From positions 1-23,498 of the forward strand of contig JBHHUC010000031.1 in assembly GCA_046861395.1 (NCBI GenBank): 23,498 nucleotides of DNA, read 5' to 3'. This stretch comes from Fidelibacterota bacterium. GTDB taxonomy: Bacteria > Fidelibacterota > Marinisomatia > Marinisomatales > JABMOV01. The notes beneath the pieces are model-generated. The model worked only from the letters and a program-made list of their open reading frames with translations. It was not told the origin of the DNA and ran no database searches. The position numbers and the translations under genes are program-made. The number at the start of each line of letters is the position of its first letter. Positions within the stretch are counted from its first letter, which is position 1. Below are positions 11,101 through 18,574 of the stretch, piece after piece.

Positions 11101-12938
11101 CCGGCAGTGAATATTCGACCGGTCCGGGATCGGGTTACGATTCGTTTGATCCCGGAGGTGATTTCGGCAATCGCCGAGAAAGTCGGACCACCCGGTTTGG
11201 TGTTGTCGATCCACTAGCCGCCGATGAAGACTATACCTACCGCATCGATGTCCCGCATATGTGGGATCGTGAAATCAGGCAGTTTGCCATCGATGAAGGG
11301 GCGGATTTGGTCATTGTCCATCATCCCCATAAAATCCAGGGCATTGAAGTATATCAGGGAAAAGTCATTGCCCATTCTCTGGGGAATTTCATCTTTGATC
11401 TGGATTATCCCGAAACCATGCCGTCAGTAATTTTCGAAGCGCAAGCTACTACCGATGGATTTGCAGATTTTTGGGTCTATCCGGTATTTCTGGACCATTA
11501 TATTCCTCGCCCGGCCCAGGGAGATCTGGCTCTCTATATTCTGGATGATCTGGCGATGAAATCCAGAAATCTTCAATCCTATCTCCAAGTGAACCGTTTG
11601 GCCCGCACGGCAAATATTATTCTTAATCCGGAAGATACGTTCCCGTACCGGAATCCCAATCGACGTTTTGCTTCTTTCGTGAATGATACGTCCCTGTCAA
11701 TTCTCCTGCATCAGACGGGAAGCATTGCCCGCCTGGGGCAAATCAATCCACCAGCGGACTGGTCGATGCGTTTGGGACGGGAAAAAATCTGGATGGGAAA
11801 TTTTGAGGACGAAGGTGCGAATCTCTGGAATCTGAACAGCAGTGACGAAATGATTGATCCCGAGGCAGGTGTTGACGGCAGGGCAGCCCTGTTCCAGCGC
11901 CGGAATGCGAATGCCGGAGATAATATAGTCACTAATTTCCAGCAACGGTTTTTATTGGCGCCGGACCGGCCGGCCACGCTTTCGGCCTGGATAAAAACGG
12001 AAAATGCTGCTCAGGTCAGTGTGGAAATCCGTTTTTATGCCAATCGGTATACCACCGATATTTTGGCCCAGAGTGATCTGGGTGTCTGGTTAAACGGAGA
12101 TCATGACTGGCAGAAATATGAAACCAATATTTCCATCCCGGAGACGGCCGAATTTTTTGATATTCGCTGCAATAGTGGAATCCCACCCTTCGGGGAAGCA
12201 CTTTCCTGGTTCGATAATGTAAGTTTGATTCAATGGGAGCCCTGGTTTCCCTGGACAGAAGGGGAAACCATTCTTTGGCCCAATGATTATTATGCCATGC
12301 AACTTACAAGCGGCAATGCTCCCGATTCCGCCATCGTGGAATTCGAAGAGAATTATCTGGCTGTACCACCGCCCCTCATTCCTGAATTTATGGCTAGGGA
12401 ACGTTCCGGGGCTGCTCCGCTGGACATTCATTTTGTGAATCTGAGTGAAGGACTGGACGGTTGGTGGGAATGGGATTTTGGTGACGAAACTATATCCGTC
12501 CTTGAGAATCCTGTTCACCGCTATTCACAACCGGGAATATATGCCGTGACCTTGAGATTGAAAGACCATGCCGGTATTTTTCATTCCCGGACCAAGGAGC
12601 AATACATTATTGTTTCATCGTCCAATCCGCCGCTTGTAGGTGACGTAAATCTGGATGGCGAAATCGACATGGTGGATTTAGTCCTGGCGACGTACATTGT
12701 TATGCAGATGGTGACGCCGGTAGCTGATCAATTCCTGGCGGGAGATTTGAATTATGACTATGAGATTGATATTCATGATGTATTGTTGCTGGCTGATATG
12801 CTTTGGACGAGGCAGGAAGCAAACCGGGAGGAAAATAATGTACCACCGTATAAGATCAGTAGCATCAAAGCAAACAAGCAGTACGAAAGACATGAAGAAC
12901 CATACGGACCAACGAATGTCGACGGTAACGGACAATAA
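8106..12938 (+). CDS. Large secreted multidomain protein: putative Zn-hydrolase N-domain, FN3-like, beta-sandwich, PKD, CapA (PGA_cap metallophosphatase), CBM-like, PKD, dockerin
   Basis: Signal peptide; two WDFGD PKD motifs (~10290-10500 and ~12375-12615); CapA motifs VGDIML, ANLE, LANNHSLDYG, FHAGSEY, HHPH, SLGNFIF (~10525-11490); GNFE...WFDNV CBM4/9-like module (~11790-12240); paired GDVNLDGEID/GDLNYDYEID dockerin repeats (~12635-12800). Confidence 0.85.
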   Translation: MVNRTKILFLMMFTTGLWGDIRYESGSLREFIGGNSPGTAYENYISHVVEGIIDTGYNDYGPDWLDVQTNGFGHYRQIPVNSPTLTYWSNIFTHVLTGDTTAADQLLTDSLTSFNYELVLFSDTTNNRDYLMVREGLDYSYNDENLPEIPEDNVAGSFRNGWGLYIYCPTASRPQLMYEVPHPCDDFIAPYLAVEAFLQTDARALCIAGAGREVAWTGEGNYNNNKSLSDPSRNANTVFQQFHILLAEALAVENMHSPVIFQFHSFDNEAHEGLNSVILSAGSGYNVANKPIRDLSVDHRDIVNFTNEITIMPGTYGSHGMVRVDQYYEVNYDGEFFYSGEYGTYFIKKATGLTGAGGNVQINHTHGLYPDRDVFERFIHVEFDEKPELFEDLGWSLDTLYAGDYPTSYHNFSTLLSYYQPFLMAINDYFIDWENLVDQESPAGIDLFYPASITPGQITFRWQPSDDTNFLTYRIFYGVDSVTLSSPFFARDDFPLLMDMRQNVITVPRYLFPDTAQVAIGAIDYFGNLSPLSPAVPNFFPGHSPPVSIITFDSTLVLDSYPGEDMDTQDWAVVSIDDYSGLQLSGNTWKTAAVTPAVLDSESVWTITVRVDSVGEIQGFGLMDSLHFLPYSLFGSEQVDADVWKTAYQGYYPIGQWLTIPLPVGRDWLALFDYLPDINRLAFINDADTSPPGTIIFSQVMDLTPDQNIPPQITLHYTIGRQRMIGNNRTVSVSFWVDITDPDSFVFDYHWDFGDGTDSNEANPEHTFTITDDHAYRVLATVTDQQGAVARSAVTIAVDAGNSSLPLAINFVGDIMLARGLEEEGGIIPTYGVSALFGPTQELLGNAADISVANLECALTREGDPHPTKPIIFKGNPENASGLAFAGIDVVSLANNHSLDYGLIGLHDTQSALDEFGILYSGAGENAPQASEPLIVIEKGLAVAFLAFSDRTGQYNNYQPYLQAGWDKPGFAYMTPYNIRTGIAKIRNVVDLVVMEFHAGSEYSTGPGSGYDSFDPGGDFGNRRESRTTRFGVVDPLAADEDYTYRIDVPHMWDREIRQFAIDEGADLVIVHHPHKIQGIEVYQGKVIAHSLGNFIFDLDYPETMPSVIFEAQATTDGFADFWVYPVFLDHYIPRPAQGDLALYILDDLAMKSRNLQSYLQVNRLARTANIILNPEDTFPYRNPNRRFASFVNDTSLSILLHQTGSIARLGQINPPADWSMRLGREKIWMGNFEDEGANLWNLNSSDEMIDPEAGVDGRAALFQRRNANAGDNIVTNFQQRFLLAPDRPATLSAWIKTENAAQVSVEIRFYANRYTTDILAQSDLGVWLNGDHDWQKYETNISIPETAEFFDIRCNSGIPPFGEALSWFDNVSLIQWEPWFPWTEGETILWPNDYYAMQLTSGNAPDSAIVEFEENYLAVPPPLIPEFMARERSGAAPLDIHFVNLSEGLDGWWEWDFGDETISVLENPVHRYSQPGIYAVTLRLKDHAGIFHSRTKEQYIIVSSSNPPLVGDVNLDGEIDMVDLVLATYIVMQMVTPVADQFLAGDLNYDYEIDIHDVLLLADMLWTRQEANREENNVPPYKISSIKANKQYERHEEPYGPTNVDGNGQ

Positions 12939-13001
12939 GCGAATTAATGATTTAAATGATCTGATAGTCGCCACTAAATTCACATCCTATTTATTGAACA
13001 A

Positions 13002-13009
13002 AAGGAGGT
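13002..13009 (+). promoter_or_regulatory. Strong Shine-Dalgarno site for trxA
   Basis: AAGGAGGT immediately upstream of the trxA ATG at 13013. Confidence 0.8.
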
Positions 13010-13012
13010 AAA

Positions 13013-13339
13013 ATGGCAGAAAATTTGATTGAATTTACCGACCAGAATTTTGAGACTGAGGTTATAAAATCTGATATTCCAGTACTTGTGGATTTTTGGG
13101 CCGAATGGTGTGGTCCCTGTCATGCGATTGCACCCACCATTGAAGAAATTTCAAAAGATTATTCCGGAAAAGTAAAAGTTGGCAAAGTGAATGTTGATCA
13201 TAATCAGCAAACGGCCATGCAATACGGAATCCGGAGCATTCCCAGTATTTTAATCTTTAAAAATGGGAATGTAGTTAACCAAGTGATTGGTGCAGTACCA
13301 AAAACTAGTATAACCAAACACTTGGAAGTAGTATTATAA
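13013..13339 (+). CDS. trxA: Thioredoxin
   Basis: [11 protein letters not shown] active site, IRSIP cis-Pro motif, 108 aa. Confidence 0.98.
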   Translation: MAENLIEFTDQNFETEVIKSDIPVLVDFWAEWCGPCHAIAPTIEEISKDYSGKVKVGKVNVDHNQQTAMQYGIRSIPSILIFKNGNVVNQVIGAVPKTSITKHLEVVL

Positions 13340-13347
13340 CTAAACAA

Positions 13348-14274
13348 ATGAATCGGAAAGTCATAATCATTGGATCTGGGCCGGCAGGGTTAACTGCCGC
13401 GATTTATACCGCACGCGCAGATTTAAAACCCCTGGTATTCGAAGGCAATCAACCCGGTGGTCAATTGACCATCACAACCGATGTTGAAAATTATCCCGGT
13501 TTCCCAGAAGGCATTATGGGGCCGGAACTGATGGATAAGTTTCGCGGCCAAGCGAAACGCTTTGGTGCTGAATGCGTATTCAAGCATGTAACAAAAGTTG
13601 ATTTTTCAAACAGACCCTACACCGTATGGGTCGGAGATGAAAAGTATTTTGCCGAAACAGTCATTATTTCTACCGGAGCCTCAGCGCGGATGCTGGGATT
13701 GGATTCGGAAAAAGAATTAATGGGATACGGCGTTTCGGCCTGTGCGACCTGCGACGGATTTTTCTATCGTGATAAAAAGGTCCTGGTCGTGGGTGGTGGA
13801 GATTCGGCCGTTGAAGAAGCGGTGTTTCTTACAAAGTTTGCCTCTGAGGTTGGCATAGTCCATCGCCGGGATGAATTACGGGCCTCAAAGATCATGCGCA
13901 AGCGGGCTGAAGAAAATTCCAAGATTCATTTCCATTGGAACGCGGTCATTACTGAAATTATTGGTGATCGTAAAACCGGAGTTACCGGAGCCGTGTTGAC
14001 GGATACACAAACGGGAGAAAAAAAGGAAGTGAACTGTGACGGAATATTCATGGCAATCGGACATCAGCCGAATACCGCTCTTTTCAAGGATATTCTCGAT
14101 ATGGATCAGGCCGGTTATCTGGTGACCAAACCGGACAGTACAGCTACCAACCTTCCCGGTGTATTTGCCTGTGGTGACGTGAAGGACCATGTTTATCGCC
14201 AGGCCATTACGGCCGCAGGTTCAGGTTGTCAGGCTGCCATCGAAGCCGAACGATTTCTGGAAGCTTCCGAATAA
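13348..14274 (+). CDS. trxB: Thioredoxin-disulfide reductase
   Basis: GSGPAG FAD motif, GGQL, VENYPGF, CATCDG active site, GGGDSA and HRR NADPH motifs, YRQAITAAG. Confidence 0.98.
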   Translation: MNRKVIIIGSGPAGLTAAIYTARADLKPLVFEGNQPGGQLTITTDVENYPGFPEGIMGPELMDKFRGQAKRFGAECVFKHVTKVDFSNRPYTVWVGDEKYFAETVIISTGASARMLGLDSEKELMGYGVSACATCDGFFYRDKKVLVVGGGDSAVEEAVFLTKFASEVGIVHRRDELRASKIMRKRAEENSKIHFHWNAVITEIIGDRKTGVTGAVLTDTQTGEKKEVNCDGIFMAIGHQPNTALFKDILDMDQAGYLVTKPDSTATNLPGVFACGDVKDHVYRQAITAAGSGCQAAIEAERFLEASE

Positions 14275-14307
14275 TACTTTCCGATTCATCATTACTGCAG
14301 GAGTGGA

Positions 14308-15006
14308 ATGATGAGTCAAAAAACAAAACTTATTTATGAGGTCAAGGACCTTAAGAAGGTCTATGACAACCGTATCGTATTGCAAATCGGCAGATTGCAA
14401 TTTCATCCCGGAACCATCTATGGTATCATCGGTCCCATCGGTTCGGGTAAATCAACGCTCTTCCGAATCTTAGCGGGTCAGGAAATGCAGACAGATGGTG
14501 CTGTCACGTTTGAAGGACAGGCTTTTGAGACAGGATGGTTCGGCAAGATCAAGGGCAATGAAAATATCGTCTATGCTTCCTCCGAAACCCTTCCCGAGCC
14601 GAAAAAAGTCAGTCAGCTATTCCTGGAAAATTATCCAAAAAAAGTGAAAAATATTCAGAGCAAATATTTTTCCAAGGGTGTTCAGAAATCCTATTGGGAG
14701 CAAACAATTAAGAATCTGTCTCCGGGAGAACAGGCCTGGATTTCCATGATTTTGGCGGTAGAATCCGATCCCCGCGTTCTGCTGGTGGATGATTACGGAA
14801 CCTTACTTGATGGCGATTCGGAATATGATTTTCGCCGCAAACTGAAGAAAATGAACAAGGACCTTGGTACCACCATTATCCTGGCGGCCCCTACGGATAA
14901 AAATATCAAGAAAATCGCTGCCGTCCTGATTTATCTGGATCATGGCCATGTATCGAAAATCAGACCCGGCGTCAATCGCGGTAACTCGCAAGGATACCGG
15001 CGCTAG
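14308..15006 (+). CDS. Stand-alone ABC ATP-binding-cassette protein with degenerate catalytic motifs
   Basis: Walker A GPIGSGKST and signature LSPGE are present; Walker B reads LLVDD, and no Q-loop Gln or switch His is visible. AGGAG RBS upstream. Confidence 0.8.
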   Translation: MMSQKTKLIYEVKDLKKVYDNRIVLQIGRLQFHPGTIYGIIGPIGSGKSTLFRILAGQEMQTDGAVTFEGQAFETGWFGKIKGNENIVYASSETLPEPKKVSQLFLENYPKKVKNIQSKYFSKGVQKSYWEQTIKNLSPGEQAWISMILAVESDPRVLLVDDYGTLLDGDSEYDFRRKLKKMNKDLGTTIILAAPTDKNIKKIAAVLIYLDHGHVSKIRPGVNRGNSQGYRR

Positions 15007-15011
15007 AGGTC

Positions 15012-15953
15012 ATGGTCACCGGCGTCGTTTCTTCGGATATTTATCAGCAGCATCGTACCGGCCCCCATCATCCTGAATCTCCGGAACGTATTAAATATAT
15101 TAATACGATTGTTGAAGAGTTATCTGTAAATCACGCGATAAAAGTATATAAGCCGAACAAAATTTCAATGGATATCATTTCGGCTGTCCATTCCCGGTCC
15201 TATATCAGTGCTTTTCAGGCAGCCGTTGAAGCGCAGTCTGACTGGTTTGCAACGATGGATAATCCCATTTCCTCCCGATCGTATGAGGTAGCCGTTTCAG
15301 CTGTTTCCGGTACTATCCGGGCTGTCGATTTGGTAATGAATGGAGACGTCGACAATACCATGGCTCTGGTTCGTCCTCCCGGCCACCATGCTGAAACGAA
15401 CCGGGCAATAGGGTTTTGTTTTTTCAACAATGTGGCCGCTGCGGCCCGGTATACCCAAACGCAGTATAAATTGAACCGCATTGCCATCATTGATTTTGAT
15501 GTCCACCACGGCAATGGTACCCAGCATATTTTTCAGTCCGACCCGTCGGTATATTATTTCAGTATTCATCAATTCCCCTTTTACCCCGGAACCGGGGAAG
15601 AAAAAGAACAGGGGACCAACGACGGCCTGGGGTATACGAAAAATTATCCTCTCCCGGCCGGTACGGATGAAAAAGTATATTTTGATATACTGGAAAACGA
15701 CCTGGCCGATAAATTATTGTCCTATCGGCCTGAGATGATTATTTTGTCGGCCGGATTTGATGCTCATGTCTATGACCCCATTGGTGATATGCGTGTTACT
15801 TCCGCCGGATTCGGACAAATTACGAAAATTATTTCCGACCTTGCCCAGTCCACCTGTGCAGGTCGGATTGTTTCCGTATTGGAAGGCGGATATTCATTGC
15901 AGGGACTGGCTGAGAGCGTCCGGGAACATTTACTCACCTTAGCGACGATGTAA
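15012..15953 (+). CDS. Histone deacetylase-family (Zn-dependent) deacylase
   Basis: HPESPER, RPPGHHA, GFCFFNN, DFDVHHGNGTQ, SIHQ, YPGTG, SAGFDAH and LEGGY motifs all intact. Confidence 0.95.
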   Translation: MVTGVVSSDIYQQHRTGPHHPESPERIKYINTIVEELSVNHAIKVYKPNKISMDIISAVHSRSYISAFQAAVEAQSDWFATMDNPISSRSYEVAVSAVSGTIRAVDLVMNGDVDNTMALVRPPGHHAETNRAIGFCFFNNVAAAARYTQTQYKLNRIAIIDFDVHHGNGTQHIFQSDPSVYYFSIHQFPFYPGTGEEKEQGTNDGLGYTKNYPLPAGTDEKVYFDILENDLADKLLSYRPEMIILSAGFDAHVYDPIGDMRVTSAGFGQITKIISDLAQSTCAGRIVSVLEGGYSLQGLAESVREHLLTLATM

Positions 15954-15954
15954 T

Positions 15955-16938
15955 ATGGAACAGAAAAGATTTCAGGACATTATTTCTTCCTTCGCAGAGC
16001 AGAAGGTTCTCGTCCTGGGTGATGTAATGCTCGATTCATACTTATGGGGTACGGCCAATCGGATTTCGCCGGAAGCACCGGTTCCCGTCGTGGACATTCA
16101 AAGGCGCAGCCACAATCCCGGGGGAGCCGGGAACGTAGCCTTGAATCTGCGTTCCTTGGGCAGTTTGGTAACGGTGGCTTCCGTAGTGGGACAGGACGAA
16201 GCAGGTCGGCAACTATTGAAAAAATTCAATGATCTGAAAATCGGGGCGGACTTGATCGTCATTGATGAATCACGTCCCACAACAGTGAAAAGTCGCGTGA
16301 TTGCCCAGGGACAGCAGGTTGTCCGGGTGGACGAAGAATCGCGCGAATTATTTAGCGACGAAACCTATGGGAAACTCAAGAAGATCATCACGGACCACAT
16401 ACCGGACTACGATGCACTTATCCTGGAAGACTACAATAAAGGATTATTCACAACTCACCTGATTGAATTTATCATCCAACTTTGCCGGCAGCATTCCATT
16501 CCGGTTTATGTCGATCCGAAAATGGAAAATATTTCTTCTTTCCGGAAGGTTCGCTTATTCAAACCCAATCTCCATGAATTTCGCCATTGTACCCGGGCCT
16601 ATCCCGATCCCGGAGATATGGCTGCCAACGCCAGAAAATTAAAACAGGAATTGCAGGCTGAGCTGTTGATGATTACCCGCGGTGAGGATGGAATTTTAAT
16701 GTGTACGGATGAAGAAATATTTACTGTTCCAACCAGGGCCCGGCGTGTTCATGATGTTTCCGGTGCAGGAGATTCGGTTATCAGCACGTTTGTATTGGCG
16801 GATTTAGCCGGAGCAACCCCCAGGGAAGCCTGTCAGCTGGCCAATTATGCGGCGGGCATAGTCTGTGAAGAAGTAGGTGTTGTTCCAATTACAATTGAGA
16901 AATTATCTGAGATTATCGATTATCATAATCCGATCTGA
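15955..16938 (+). CDS. rfaE1: D-glycero-beta-D-manno-heptose-7-phosphate kinase (stand-alone RfaE domain I / HldA; PfkB family)
   Basis: VLGDVMLD, RISPEAPVPVV, PGGAGNVA, RPTTVKSR, DYNKG, VDPK, KPN, ITRGEDG and DVSGAGD motifs. No fused adenylyltransferase domain. Confidence 0.92.
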   Translation: MEQKRFQDIISSFAEQKVLVLGDVMLDSYLWGTANRISPEAPVPVVDIQRRSHNPGGAGNVALNLRSLGSLVTVASVVGQDEAGRQLLKKFNDLKIGADLIVIDESRPTTVKSRVIAQGQQVVRVDEESRELFSDETYGKLKKIITDHIPDYDALILEDYNKGLFTTHLIEFIIQLCRQHSIPVYVDPKMENISSFRKVRLFKPNLHEFRHCTRAYPDPGDMAANARKLKQELQAELLMITRGEDGILMCTDEEIFTVPTRARRVHDVSGAGDSVISTFVLADLAGATPREACQLANYAAGIVCEEVGVVPITIEKLSEIIDYHNPI

Positions 16939-16975
16939 AACTGCTGTCATACCACGAATTCCATTTACAGGACGA

Positions 16976-18574
16976 ATGATAAGATGGGTTGCGTTTCTAC
17001 TCTGCCTGTCCGGTGTTTCCTTTTCTCAGTTGGACCGGCGATACCAACCCGATGATTGGATTCTCTTTACCCAACCCGGCCGTATCACGTCAATCTCCGA
17101 GGGGTTGAGTTATATATATTTTGCTTCTGCTTTGGGCGGTATTCAACGCTATCAATACTACGCCGGAGAATTTGATTTTCCCATTACTGTAGCCCAGGGA
17201 TTACCCGAGAATGCCGTGGAAGCGGTACATTTCGATAAAAATACCGGCATTCTGTGGGTGGTGACACGGAAATATATCTGTTATAGCTATGACCGTATTG
17301 GGGACTGGTACTATCAATCGAAGGAAGATTACGGTTTTCCTGCCAATACACCGGTGATCCAACTGGGACATGATTCACAATCGCTGTGGGTGGTAACACC
17401 CACCATGATATATCAGTTGGACCACAATGGCGGAGTATTGCTGGGAGTGATGCCGAGTATGGATCCTCTTAATATTGTCTGGAGTAGTTCACCATTACGC
17501 ACCGGGGAACCCTTGCCGGAATTTCTTCTGGATTTTGCCATTAATGACGGTTGGACCGTTTTTCCGGATCGATTCCTGGATCATTATGGCCGGGATATTG
17601 TTCCTACGGCCATCTTTCAGCAAGAATTCGGAGAAATATGGATCGGAACCGCGGAAGGATTTATTCTGAAGGTTGATATTCAATCCGAAACTATTTTTCC
17701 TCTGCGGGTTGGTCTGGCGAATAATGATGTAAATCTAATTGTTCGGGATAAGGCCATGTGGCTGGCCGGTAATGTGGGACGATGGTCGCGGGGAATAACA
17801 CGATTCAGCTGGAAACGAAATTTTACCGATTGGTATGAGTATGATGTTACCATCAATCTTTCACCGGTCAATTATTACACAGGGTTGGCGTGGGGAAATG
17901 AAATCTGGTTTGTCGGAAATTCGGTCCTGGAAATCTATAATAAGAAAAATGACTTCTGGCGTATGATAAGTCCGATGACCTTTGGAAGGGCTTACACAAT
18001 AAAGGCGGATAGTGCGACAATCTGGATCGGATTGTCTACCGGAGCTATGCGACTGAATCCGAAGACCAAACGGATCATCGCACCGGACATCCTAGATCGT
18101 CTGGAACAAAGACCGGTTTATGATATTGAATTCATCCGGGGCAACGTCTGGTTCGCCACCGATGAAGGAATCTATGTTTACAATCCCATTAACGAAACGC
18201 TGCAACCTGGCGATGCATTTGAATCAGAAATGCGCTGTCTCATGTTTCCCACTTGGCAGATCGGTGTGAATAATGATTCGGTGTATGTTGCCAATAATCA
18301 CGGCCTTTGGTTATGGGCCGGTAATCAATGCGAGTTGATAATTTCGTTAACCTCATTTCATAACCGTCCCGTTACGACTTTTGCAATCGTGGACCACCAT
18401 CTTTTTATTGGGACGACTGATGGATTTTACCGCATGAACAAAGATGGATCCGGCTATTATTCGTACAATTATCCGTTCGTGAAACCAGTGAATGATATGT
18501 ATATTTCCGATGAAGAATGTTGGCTGGCAACCAATCATGGATTGGTCCGGTTCAACTGGAGAAGCGACCCATGA
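16976..18574 (+). CDS. Secreted beta-propeller repeat protein of unknown function
   Basis: Start at ATG 16976 gives a signal peptide (MIRWVAFLLCLSGVSFSQ). Recurring blade motifs: ILWVVT, SLWVVT, EIWIGT, AMWLAG, EIWFVG, TIWIGL, NVWFAT, HLFIGT, ECWLAT. Confidence 0.7.
   Translation: MIRWVAFLLCLSGVSFSQLDRRYQPDDWILFTQPGRITSISEGLSYIYFASALGGIQRYQYYAGEFDFPITVAQGLPENAVEAVHFDKNTGILWVVTRKYICYSYDRIGDWYYQSKEDYGFPANTPVIQLGHDSQSLWVVTPTMIYQLDHNGGVLLGVMPSMDPLNIVWSSSPLRTGEPLPEFLLDFAINDGWTVFPDRFLDHYGRDIVPTAIFQQEFGEIWIGTAEGFILKVDIQSETIFPLRVGLANNDVNLIVRDKAMWLAGNVGRWSRGITRFSWKRNFTDWYEYDVTINLSPVNYYTGLAWGNEIWFVGNSVLEIYNKKNDFWRMISPMTFGRAYTIKADSATIWIGLSTGAMRLNPKTKRIIAPDILDRLEQRPVYDIEFIRGNVWFATDEGIYVYNPINETLQPGDAFESEMRCLMFPTWQIGVNNDSVYVANNHGLWLWAGNQCELIISLTSFHNRPVTTFAIVDHHLFIGTTDGFYRMNKDGSGYYSYNYPFVKPVNDMYISDEECWLATNHGLVRFNWRSDP

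Noticed and set aside
12678..12983. 101-aa hydrophobic antisense ORF over the giant gene's tail
   Set aside because: Its hydrophobicity follows from the A-rich + strand. It has no convincing RBS or family motif and overlaps the dockerin coding region.
13013..14274. Selenocysteine or recoding in the thioredoxin system
   Set aside because: Active sites are ordinary Cys (WCGPC, CATC), with no in-frame TGA.
16877..16975. Longer N-termini given by the ORF track for the propeller (16877), GWxTD (18517) and RNase HI (20566) genes
   Set aside because: They overlap upstream genes extensively. Downstream ATGs give clean signal peptides and/or ATGA coupling.
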